39,182 nt of DNA from Craspedostauros australis (Eukaryota). Both the position numbers and the translations under genes were made by a program. Positions 21,536 to 36,005 of the stretch are shown here, one piece after another (the stretch's first letter is position 1; every line of letters begins with the position of its first letter). The notes under the pieces are model-generated. The model did no database searches, had not been told where the DNA came from, and was given only the letters and a program-made list of their open reading frames with translations. The stretch lies in assembly GCA_030167865.1 (NCBI GenBank), contig JALAGF010004261.1:1-39182 (forward strand). The letters run 5' to 3'.

Positions 21536-24076
21536 ATGGGCAAACCGAGATCCCAGATGACGATGATGTCTCGATTCTGGTTGCTGGCGATCGCGGTGCT
21601 ATCCCACCACTTGGTCAAGGGACAGACAGTTGGATTCGATATCTGCGCATGTTCGCCGACGTTCTACGAGCTCGTCTTCGATTTCAACCTCACATGTCCT
21701 GTGGCGTTGCGACAGGGATCCGGGGCCATTGGGTCCATCTGCGATATTGTCACTAATGACCCCAACACGACCGATGAAGTTCCAGTAAGTGCCTGTCTGA
21801 TGGGCTGAGTGCTGTGAGGCGGCCTATTGGTGTTGAGGCCCGTCTCCCTGGAGAGGTGTGCAGCGGGAGGGAGATGGACAAAGGTCACCGAAGTTCATGA
21901 TGGGAGAAGTATAATGGGCTGTGCAGAAAGAGCGAAGGAGCAGCGGGAGAGCACAAGCTAGCACACACTATCGCCAGCTCTGTACAGATATGTGCCGAAT
22001 CTTTCCGCTGGGGTTACTCTACGGATGGGATGCTTCGTTTTGACATGATCTACCATCCCTTGTCTATCAGCTTCCATCAACTCTGCTCCACTAACTCTAC
22101 GAGTACGGGTCTGAGGAGCTGCCCAACGAGCTCTCCTTCCTCGTCCCTCCTTTCATCATCTAATCTGTGCTTTGTTCCTCTGCTCCATTTGCTTCACGCC
22201 ATCCATCACACATACGTTATCGGCTTCCATCGATCTGTCATCGACTTTGCATATCGTTGCATGCATCATGCTCTACCGTACACATCCGTTCTTCATGCAT
22301 GCACAAACAAACAACAACCCGTGCCCATACCTACACGCATACACACGCATACCTACACGCACACACACGTGTAAACAGGTCGAGGTCCAATCCGTCGAGT
22401 TCTTGGAACTGAACCGGACATTCGACTTCATCAAGACCGAGATCGTCAGCGGCAACTTCGTGGACGGCGACGCCATTCTGTTCCAGTCCATCACGGGCGA
22501 TCTCCTCGAGCAGACGACGATCCAAGACATCCCCAGAGCCTTTCAGGTCAACATCCGGGCAGTTAATGCTGCGCGGGAGAACATCATCGCCACCTACATC
22601 ATCGCCTTCTCCAACGACTGCTTCAACTACCCCGTCATCGATTCCAACACGACGGGGCCTTGGGCGGGATATGTAAGTGTTTCCTGTTGCTTCATCTCAT
22701 TGTTCTCTCTCTTGTGCTGAGTATTTCGATGTGCGAGAATGATGCCTCATCTAAACGCACCAATGTGCATACATGCGCATGTGGATGTACGCATGCAACT
22801 CACTCTTCTCAACACTCTTCATGTTCCATCTCGCACAACATAGAACCGTCTTGGCGTGCCGCCCAGAGCGATCTGTCCGCTGGCACCAACCCTCGAGCCA
22901 TCCATGGAACCATCCCAAGAACCCACTCCGTCTGGAACATTCGAACCGAGCATGACAATCACCGATGCGCCCACAATTGCACCCACAGCTGTACCCACGG
23001 TTGCACCCACAGTTACAGCTGCACCCACAGTTACAGCCACACCCACAGCTGTACCCACCGCTGCACCCACGGATGTACCCACGGTTACAGCCGCGCCCAC
23101 AGTTACAGCCGTGCCCACAGTTGCACCTACCGCTGTTCCCACGGATGTACCCACGGTTACAGCCGCGCCCACGGTTACAGCCATACCCACAGCTGCGCCC
23201 ACCGCTGTACCCACGGCTGCACCCACGGTTACAGCCGCGCCTACAGTTACAGCCGCGCCCACAGTTACAGCCACCGCTGTACCCACAGCCGTGCCCACAG
23301 TCACAGCTGTACCCACAGTTACAGCCGTACCCACAGTTACACCCACCGCTGCACCCACGGTTGCACCCACGGTTACAGCCTCGCCCACAGTTACAGCCAT
23401 ACCCACAACTGCGCCCACAGTTACAGCTGCACCCACGGTTACAGCCGTACCCACAGTGACAGCTACGCCTACAAGTCTCCCGACGGTAGTTGGAACCACA
23501 TCAAGCCCGGCAGCGCCTACGACGCCCGCTCCAGCAGCCGCGCCATCACCATCCATCGCCCCATCGCTCCTTCCCACCCTGTCCATGTCTATGTCTATGT
23601 CCATGTCCTTCTCCATGTCGATGGACACAAGGTCTATCTTCGGCCTCAACTACCGCGAGCTGCATGAGCTGTTCGATGAAGATCTGGAGGAAGAGATCGC
23701 CTTGGCGGCGCCCTCTCCACGCGTGAGACCGGATGTGCGTCTCTCTGATGCCGAGGAGGAGGTAGTCGCCGTGTCGACACGGAGCTCCGCCATGGATCTG
23801 GAACCACGCGCAGCTTCGGAGACGATAACGAAGAAGCGGACGGGAATGAAGACGCCCAAGATGGGCAAGAAGCAGAAGATGAAGGGAAGCAGCAAGGTAT
23901 CCAAGACCCGCAAGCAGGCGGGGCATCGTGGTCAACTCGGAAACGTCCTCACACACAGGCAAGAAGCCCCCCGTATCGATAGCTCGATCCCAACGGAGTT
24001 TGGAAGACCGATGTCGAAGGAGGGTGCCAGCGCGCTGAGACGTCTTCGCGCGGCGATGAACGCTGCTGCTGCTTGA
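21536..24076 (+). CDS. Secreted Cys-domain / long PT-repeat (mucin-like) protein, paralog B; exons 21536-21784, 22379-22672, 22844-24076
   Basis: Signal peptide (MSRFWLLAIAVLSHHLVKG|QT) and DICACSPTFYELVFDFNLTCP. Introns GTAAGT 21785..CAG 22378 and GTAAGT 22673..TAG 22843 are both phase 0. The spliced product aligns to paralog A (DEVP|VEVQSVEFLELN vs DVTPVIVRSINILELN; IAFSNDC vs IAFNNDC). Start could instead be 21557. Confidence 0.88.
22965..23475 (+). repeat. Coding minisatellite of mixed 12-bp (PTxx) and 18-bp (PTVTAx) units
   Basis: Recurrent CCCAC(A/G)GTTACAGC units encoding PTVTAA, PTAV and PTDV. Confidence 0.95.
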
Positions 24077-25379
24077 ATAGCGGAGGAAGGGAAGGGAAAG
24101 AAAGCAAGGCATGATCGGAGCCGGAAGACCAGAGTGAACAGCGCAAATACCAAGGGAGGAGGGGCAATGAAGGCGACGCACTTTTCATGTACGCGATGAG
24201 AAAAAGTCTTGAAGCAAACAACGGAGCACCCAATCAAGCAAGCATGCAAGCAATCAACCGACTGTGGAGTCGTACAGCCACACGCTTGCGGAGATCTGTA
24301 TTGGAAGGCACACCTGCAACTGCACATGTAGTTGCATGGGCATCCACTAGGTGTACTGGTGCGAACATCATGTGATCGGATAGAATGTGAAAATGAACAA
24401 AGAGAGAGCGAGAGAGGAGCAGAGAGGTTGAGCTGCAGCATGCAATGCGCGTATGCGTCTGTGAAACGGCAGCAGCAGCAGCAACGGCAGCGGCAACAAC
24501 AAGATCTGTTCCGTGGACAGAAAGAGGGAAGAACGCGGCGATGCTCCACGCACGTGTCCGTCCATGGGAGGTGAAAGCGTGTGGCTATGGATACGAGTAC
24601 TCGTACACTACAATACAATTCATGAAGTAAAATTATCGATGTCAATCTGTGTAGAGCAGACTACTCTCTCTGAAGTAGACAACGTAGAGTATCTGCTTGG
24701 TTGCTTGCGCTCTCAGGGCGTATCGGTGGGAGTCCTGTTGCGAGCGATGTGACTATTCTTTGAGAGAACGAGAGAGAGAGAGAGAGAGAGAGCAACATGA
24801 ACATTCCCCATGAGCGCAGATAGCTGATGAGAGGAGCCCTGCCTCCTTGTGTGATGGTCACGATTTGTGCTTTCGCGGGCGCCACCACGATCGTGTTGAA
24901 ATTGTGGAGAAGGCGCCCAAATGTCAATGACCGCCATCTTGTCACGACTCAAGTTGACACACGTTTCTCTTCACATCAATTGATGACACATGAATGTGAC
25001 GTCATGTTGACGTCAACTTCAAGGTGTCGTCCAAGATCTTGTTCTTTCTGTTTTGCCGTTGTGGATACTCATACAAGGCGCTCGTGTGCGTAATACTCGA
25101 ACAGGCGCCACACCACACTCATGAACGTGAGCTTCTCTTTCCACATCTTCACACATCTTCCCACATCTTCAGTAGCATCTCCAACAGCATCATCTTCATA
25201 CTTGTAGAGTAGTTGGGAATGCTGCCATAAAAACACCAATACAACACAACAGAGCAGAGCAGAGAGTCGGATTGAAGCAGTCGCTCAAGACTTGCTCATT
25301 GCTTTCGCCGTTGCCACCGAGTGCATCGTGGAGGTCGCATCAGATTGCAGCTGAGCGACTCATAGTCGTACACGTATAG

Positions 25380-29615
<4,236 letters not shown>

Positions 29616-29776
29616 TGAAGACGGCAGTGTGTCTGTTCCTTGCATGCAAGAGTATCGTCGTACTCTTGCGTGGACACGTAACATACTGTAATATATTCTA
29701 ATATAATAGTACGGTGCCCGTGTTTAATATTATACCCATTGTATTCATACCTACCTGCGCATGGTGTTGAACTGTT

Positions 29777-29784
29777 GCGCCAAA
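29777..29784 (-). promoter_or_regulatory. E2F-like site TTTGGCGC about 310 bp upstream of ARP4
   Basis: Matches the TTTSSCGC consensus; a single 8-mer could be chance. Confidence 0.3.
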
Positions 29785-30094
29785 CCAGTTGAGACCTCGC
29801 AATGTCATCGTACGGAGCTCGTGATAGACATGTTTTCCCGCATCCCCCTCATGATTTGACACCAACACCAAATCGCGGACCAACACCAAACACACCAAAA
29901 CGAGATGGTCAACACAAACTGTGCGTGTTGTGCATCATCACTCCATTCCAACCACTGAAACCATCATCATCATCGCCATCATCATTCGGAGGAACCTCCC
30001 ACCAACACGCTGAATCACTTCTCGTCGGTTCCATCCTCATCATCTCCCACACAAAGAGGCGTAATTGAAGTGATTCCACGATTGCAGGACGACC

Positions 30095-32175
30095 ATGTCA
30101 GTGTACAGTTCTGGGACGATCATCCATTCGGTCGTCGCCGACGTCGGATCCTACGCAACGAAGATCGGCTTTGCTGGTGAAGAGTATCCAAGGTCCTACT
30201 TTCGTTCTGTAAGTCTAGTCCAATGACATGATGTTGTCTCTCTACGAGTGGAGAAGACAAGTGGAGAAGGCGAGAGAGAGTGCCTGCGTGTGTGACCTTA
30301 CCCCACCATGCTTGCATTCATTGTGCGAGCCTGGTGAGGCATATCGTGAGATTGAGCGCCATGGCTCGCATGATACCATTCGTGCATAGATGCAAGTTTC
30401 TCAAGGCTCGTTACTCACCGCTGGACTCACTACGACCCCATGCTTATCGTTCTACTCAGAATGTGGCTGTGCTGAGGGAGGAAGGCGCCAAATCTGACGT
30501 AGATGCCGATGCAGATGAATCGACCACCACGGCAGACAATGAGTCCATGAACGCCAACACGGACACGATGACAACCGATTCCCGCAAACAGCAGCAACTG
30601 GGACACCGCCGACGGATCGAGAGAGTTCATTACGACGCCTACAATCGACCACTTTGCGGGGAGGACGATGGAGGTTGGGAGCTGGGAAATCCGGTGGATC
30701 CGACGACAGGTCTGTGGTACGATGCCGAACACCATCACGGCAAGTCGGGTGCGGATTGGGCGGATCTTCTGCCCGTGTTCTTGCGTCATGGATGCAAGAC
30801 TTCGTTGGGAATGCAGGATACCAACGAGAATCCCCTGCTGCTCATCGAACGATCCTACAACCCTCCGCCACTGCGCCAGCAGCTCCTGGAGATATGCATG
30901 GAGGAGATGGATGTGCCAGCGGTCTTCTTCGGACGCGACGCCACGATGACGTGCTACGCGTGCGGTCGAACCACGGGGACAGTGGTCGATGTGGGGTATA
31001 ATCAGACGACGGTGGCGCCAGTCTACGATGGCTACGTCGAGCAGAAAGGAATCCGTCGCTCGCCCATCGGGTCGTTGGCCATGGATCAGACGGCGCTGGC
31101 GCATCTGGAGAAACTGGCAAAGGGCAAATCGTTGAAGACTCTGTCGAGCATCAAGTACCCGAAGGCAGCCAAGAACCCTGCCTTCCTCCGGCTGGCGCGC
31201 CTGGAGGTTGCGAGAGATTGCAGAGAATCAGGAGCGGGTCAGTGCGTCACAGCCGCAGCCAGCAAATCGCTGCACGTGCCAAGCATATCGTACACGCTGC
31301 CGGATGGTCAGAGCGTCGACGTGCCGTCACCGAACAGGTTTGAGATCGCGGAGCTGGTCTTGGGCCGTCCCTCTGCCACGACGATGGCGTCAGTGGCGGC
31401 AGCATCTTCGAATGCCGGCGGCGGTGGCTCTGGAGCTGGTGGTCAGGAGGAAATGCAACAACGTCATGCACGAAAACGAACGGAGATGGTGGAGAAGCAA
31501 CGGGAAAAGTACGCGGAGTACATGTCCAGAGCTGCAACCTCACCGGAGGATGACAGCAACGGCGCCGACAACGAAGGTGGCGGCGGAAATAGCACCAGCC
31601 AGGATGACATGGAACTCGCCGCTGAGAAGTACAACGAAGCGACGGCCGTGGGCATCTCATCTCAGCGCCGGACCAAGCGCAGCAGTTCGGCTCGGAACCA
31701 GGCCCAGAAAAAGGCGGCCGCCGCAGCAGCAGCGAAGTCCAAAAGCAAGACGAACAAAATCAACTTCAACAACTGGCAGCTGCAGCATGCGTGCAACACG
31801 TACTTCCAAGCGCATCTGGATCAAGTGACGGATTCGCCCATCGCGTCCATGATCTGCGACGCTGCCTACCGCTGTGATAGAGACCAGCAGGCCTCGTTGC
31901 TCGGCAACGTGGTGTTGGGCGGAGGTGGCGGATGCATCGGTCCCACGGATCAGGCAGTGCCGGACCTGCTGCGCGAGCAGGTCGAGGCCATCATCCACAC
32001 CCACACGCCAGGGTGGAGAGTCAAGGTGTTGAGTCCCGGGATTCAGGAACGGTCCGTTTGCAGCTGGCTTGGTGGCAGCATCCTTGGGAGTTTGGGAACT
32101 TTCCATGACATGTGGATCACAAGGGCCGAGTACGAGGAGTGCGGAACCGCCATCATCAACCGGAAGTGTCCGTGA
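30095..32175 (+). CDS. ARP4: Actin-related protein 4 (BAF53/ACTL6-like); exons 30095-30208 and 30460-32175
   Basis: Exon 1 gives the actin phosphate-1 motif VVADVGSYATKIGFAGEEYPRS. Phase-0 intron GTAAGT 30209..CAG 30459. Also VVDVGYNQTTVAPVYDGYV, YTLPDGQ, and ARP4-type C-terminus WLGGSILGSLGTFHDMWITRAEYEE. Confidence 0.9.
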
Positions 32176-32434
32176 GCAGACGTCAAAAGCATGACATCTT
32201 ATGGTATATCAAGCGTTGGTAGTCATGGAGGGGTCGGATGGAATTCAATGAAATGGAAGAAAAGACGGAATTGAATCGATTTGAATTGAATGGAAGATGC
32301 TAGTAGATGTTACCATGCTCAAGTATATCCTCTTATCATGTGCAACCTGAGACTTTATTGCAAAGCTTCCGTGGTGTTCACAGAACACAAGAATCGCGTG
32401 AAGAACACAATGTCTTTGTTGAGAGCAACTTCAT

Positions 32435-34986
32435 TTACTTGACTTCCAGTTCCAAGACGACAGGGCAATGGTCGCTCCCTTCCTGCTCCGGTAACATGAA
32501 GCTGTCGCGGACGATGACACCGCCATCATCCTCGAGCATGTCGGAGGAGCAGATGAAGTAATCGAGCCGAAGGCCCTTGTTGGGTGCGCGATTTCCCGCG
32601 CGTTGACTCCAGTAGGAGTAGTGCCCCTTCGCGGTGGGATGGAGATGGCGAAAGGCATCCACGAAGCCTGAATCGAGCTGACGCTGGAAGCTTTCACGTT
32701 CCTGGACCGTGACGCCCGCCTGCTTGGCCAAATGCTTGGCACCATCATTCCAAACCTCCAAGTTGGTGTGCGCGACGTTGAGGTCGCCCAGCCACAAGAC
32801 CGGCACGCCTCGATCGGCGTGCTTGGATTGCATGAATTTGAGAAAGTCCACGTCCCAGCCTTCCGTGCGGTAGTCGAGACGCTCGAGCTTCTGGCCACTG
32901 TTTGGTACGTAGACGTTGGCGACGGACATGCACGGGAAGTCCAGCTGGACCATGCGTCCTTCGTTGTCCACTTCTGTCCCAAACTTGTACGTGGTTTGTT
33001 GCGGGATCAGCTTCCGAAGGACTTCGGGCGGTATTCCCTGCGTTCGATGTGACGAGCTACCTGATTTGGCCGACGCCGATGAACCGTGCTTAGTCTTATC
33101 ATCGTCAGGATCTGCGGTGCCCCCCTTGTTCTTGGAAGCTGCTGCTTTGCTCTTGGATTTGGTTGTTGAGAAGAAGCTGCCGATGCTGGTCTGCTTCGCC
33201 TTGGACTTCGCCTTCGTCTTGGCCTTTGTATCTGCCGTTGAGCCTGACGATGATGCAGCTGCTTCGTCAAACTTGCGGACAAACACGGCAGTGCCAGAGT
33301 AGCCCTTCTTCGTGGTGGAGTAGCTGAAATAGGACTCATAATCTGCATCATCTAACAGATGATCGCGGAGCTTGAGTTTGGGATCGTCAAGATGAGTTTC
33401 TTGCAACTTGGTCTCCTGGAGACAGAGCATGTCAAGATCGTGCTTTTGACAGAGATCCTTGATCGCTTCAGGTTTCTTCTTGAGGAGGCCACGGATGCCT
33501 GCCACGTTCCACGATGCGATTCTGTAGGCTGCGAACGAAGGAGGATGAGTGTGTGCAGAATGTATAAGATTGAACGAACGTTGCATGGAGGGAATGGATA
33601 TGCGTGAGTGATCAAGTGATTAAGTTGATGGCATGTACCAACACAAGCACCAACATAAGCACCAATGTAAGTTCTGACACAAGCTTCACTCAAATGACAC
33701 GCAAACGTAGCTGCTGCTGCAGCAGCTGCGGATATGGAAAACTTACTGTAGGACCCCTTCTTCCTTCCATCCTCTTCGTTCCACAGCTTCTGTATTTCAT
33801 CTTGTTCCGTCTGCTGCTGATGACTGGCAGCCTTCTTAGCAGGCTTGGCTTTGGCGACTGTCTTCGCTTCGATCTTGGCTGCTGGCTTCGTCTTCCTGCT
33901 GGCGGTCGCCTTGGACGAATCCGGTTGGCTCTCCTCGTTGTCGTCGCTGGTCACCTGCTTGCGCGGACGACCCCGTCTCTTCTTCTTCGGCGTGGCGTTG
34001 CTGCTGTCATCGCTCGCAGAGGCATCATCCGCAACCTCCACAATCTCAGTCGACTTGGCCGCCTTTCTCTTTGGAGGTCTGCCTCGCTTCTTTGGCTTGG
34101 CAACGACCTCGACCTCATCAACTTCATCAGTTGGTTCAGAAGCAGCCTTCGTCGAGCCTCTCGTTCTTCGTTTGATGGAAGAGACCACGGGCGCATCATC
34201 CCCACTGACCATTTCCTCGTCGCTGCCTTTGACTGCCATGAGTGCCGTACTGGTTGTCGAATACGCCCTGGACTGCCGCTCGAATGCGCAATGCCGCACT
34301 CGTGCTTCTGATCTACCTCTGCCTGCGCGTTCGGTGAAGCTGTTGGCGACGGTCGTGGACAGTGCCGAAACCAAAGGGATTGGAGCGGGCAGCAGAGTGT
34401 TCGTAATCGTGTTTGCACGAGCGAGTGTTGCTGATAGCCGTTCCAGTCTTCTTCCCGAATTGCCTGCGTTTGAAGCAGTGTCTCTCAGAGCCAGAGTGCC
34501 AGTCTCCGAAATGAAACCGATGTTCGACGGAGCGAGGAAGCTGAGCGATCGCAGGTTGCAATGCGCTGATCTGGCAACTGCTGCTGCACGACTTGCGAGG
34601 GAGATGGAAGTTGGAACAGCCGCGGTCACAGCAGACAGCATGTGGATGGTCTGATTGCAGTCGGCGGAAGCTCCAGTGATCGTATAACTGACAACAGCAG
34701 CAGCAACAACAAGAGCAATGATGGTCAAGACAGCGATGGTCAAATAAATGGCGATCCCTGTTCGTTGCCGAATTCGTGCCTTCTGGTGAACGTTGCTGTT
34801 GATTGTCCTGCTCCTTCCACTCCTACTTGTACTTGTAGTTCTGCTCGTACTTGTACTTGTACGTGTAACACAAGTATGAGCCTTGTGAGCTTGTCGATCG
34901 CAGCAACGAGGATCTCCGGTCAGCTCCTTCCTCATTGCTCTTGTGTGAGACGAGCAAATCAGAGCGACTCGTGCGCAAGATGACAC
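32435..34986 (-). CDS. ExoIII/APE1-family AP endonuclease with long N-terminal extension; exons (start 34986 or downstream)-33747 and 33528-32435
   Basis: IASWNVAG, LCLQETK, KKGYSGTA, EGR, NVYVPNSG, LGDLNVAH, GFVDAFR, YSYWSQR, GLRLDY, GSDHCP. Phase-1 intron 33746-33529 (GTAAGT...CAG) gives KGSYTYRIASWN. Start codon uncertain. Confidence 0.93.
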
Positions 34987-35065
34987 TCGAGGAGCGCTCC
35001 TTTGTTGCTGGTATCATCATTCATCTCCCAACCCCCATCACACATCAAGCAACAGTTTTCGACAC

Positions 35066-35148
35066 GTTGGCGCCAACCAAAGTTTTGGCGAAACACGAAC
35101 ATCACCACGTTGTTGTCGCCAACTCGCCAGATCGCCGTTGGCGCCAAA
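35066..35148. promoter_or_regulatory. Cluster of E2F-like TTGGCGCCAA / TTTTGGCG sites in the divergent APE / ankyrin promoter region
   Basis: GTTGGCGCCAAC 35066-35077 (perfect palindrome), TTTTGGCGAAA 35083-35093, TTGGCGCCAAA 35138-35148. Confidence 0.5.
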
Positions 35149-36005
35149 TCCATCTTCCAAACACACGCAACCGCCCACAAACGTGCACATGTCGAAGGTA
35201 CACAGTTAGTCTCTTGATTCATTCGTGCGTCAATAGTGAATCGATTAACACGATCACTCTTCGCCAGAAAGAAGCAGGAACCAAAAAGACCACGGTAACC
35301 CGGAAAAACGAGGATTCAGAGATTCGGTTCAAGAGGTGGGCCAACAATGCTGCCTCAACAATCAGCCACACCTACTTGCACGAACTTTGAGTTACTGCGT
35401 TCGCTCGTCCCAACACAACCATGGCGCTGCCACACCGGCTCCATTCCCGACAACATTGCGCACATCATTTTCCCTCTCACACTCAATAGAGAGAGAGAGA
35501 GAGAGAGAGAGAGGTGGTATTGCCGCAACAGCGCAGCAACAGTCCAACAGAGTATGCACAGAGGAGAGTAAGATAGAGCACTCCAATGCTCTACATGCTT
35601 CCAGCGACCTTCCCACCCAAGGTTCAACAACAACAACATCACCCGAAGCAACATGAGCTCTTCTGACAGCGACGACGATTCATTATCATACAGGCACGTA
35701 AGCGAGATGACTGCTTCTATTCTTGCTGCTTGCGTTCATATTTGCCTAATCTACTCCATGATGAGTTGCTGCATGTGACAAAGCACGCGACGGTGTGCCG
35801 CAGAGAACTCTCAGTGTCACACGAGGATATGATTTCGTTCTGTGGCGTCATCTCTTCTCCAACTGGTACCAGAGCAGGTCGTATAATACCCACACTCCTT
35901 CTCACATTTGCTCTGACTCATTGCTTCGTCTCATCCATCCAATCCGGATTACATATGTTGGGATCAACATGGGCATTAACATGGAACTGAAATGAGAGCA
36001 GCGAA

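Noticed and set aside
22965-23475. CRISPR-like array
   Set aside because: Units are multiples of 3 bp with no unique spacers and encode PT repeats inside a eukaryotic exon.
30280-30459. N-terminus of the 631-aa ARP ORF as given in the track
   Set aside because: It lies in the intron; the actin phosphate-1 motif is in the upstream exon 30095-30208.
33529-33746. Treating 33352-34986 and 32435-33586 as two genes
   Set aside because: A canonical GTAAGT...CAG intron joins them in frame into one AP endonuclease.
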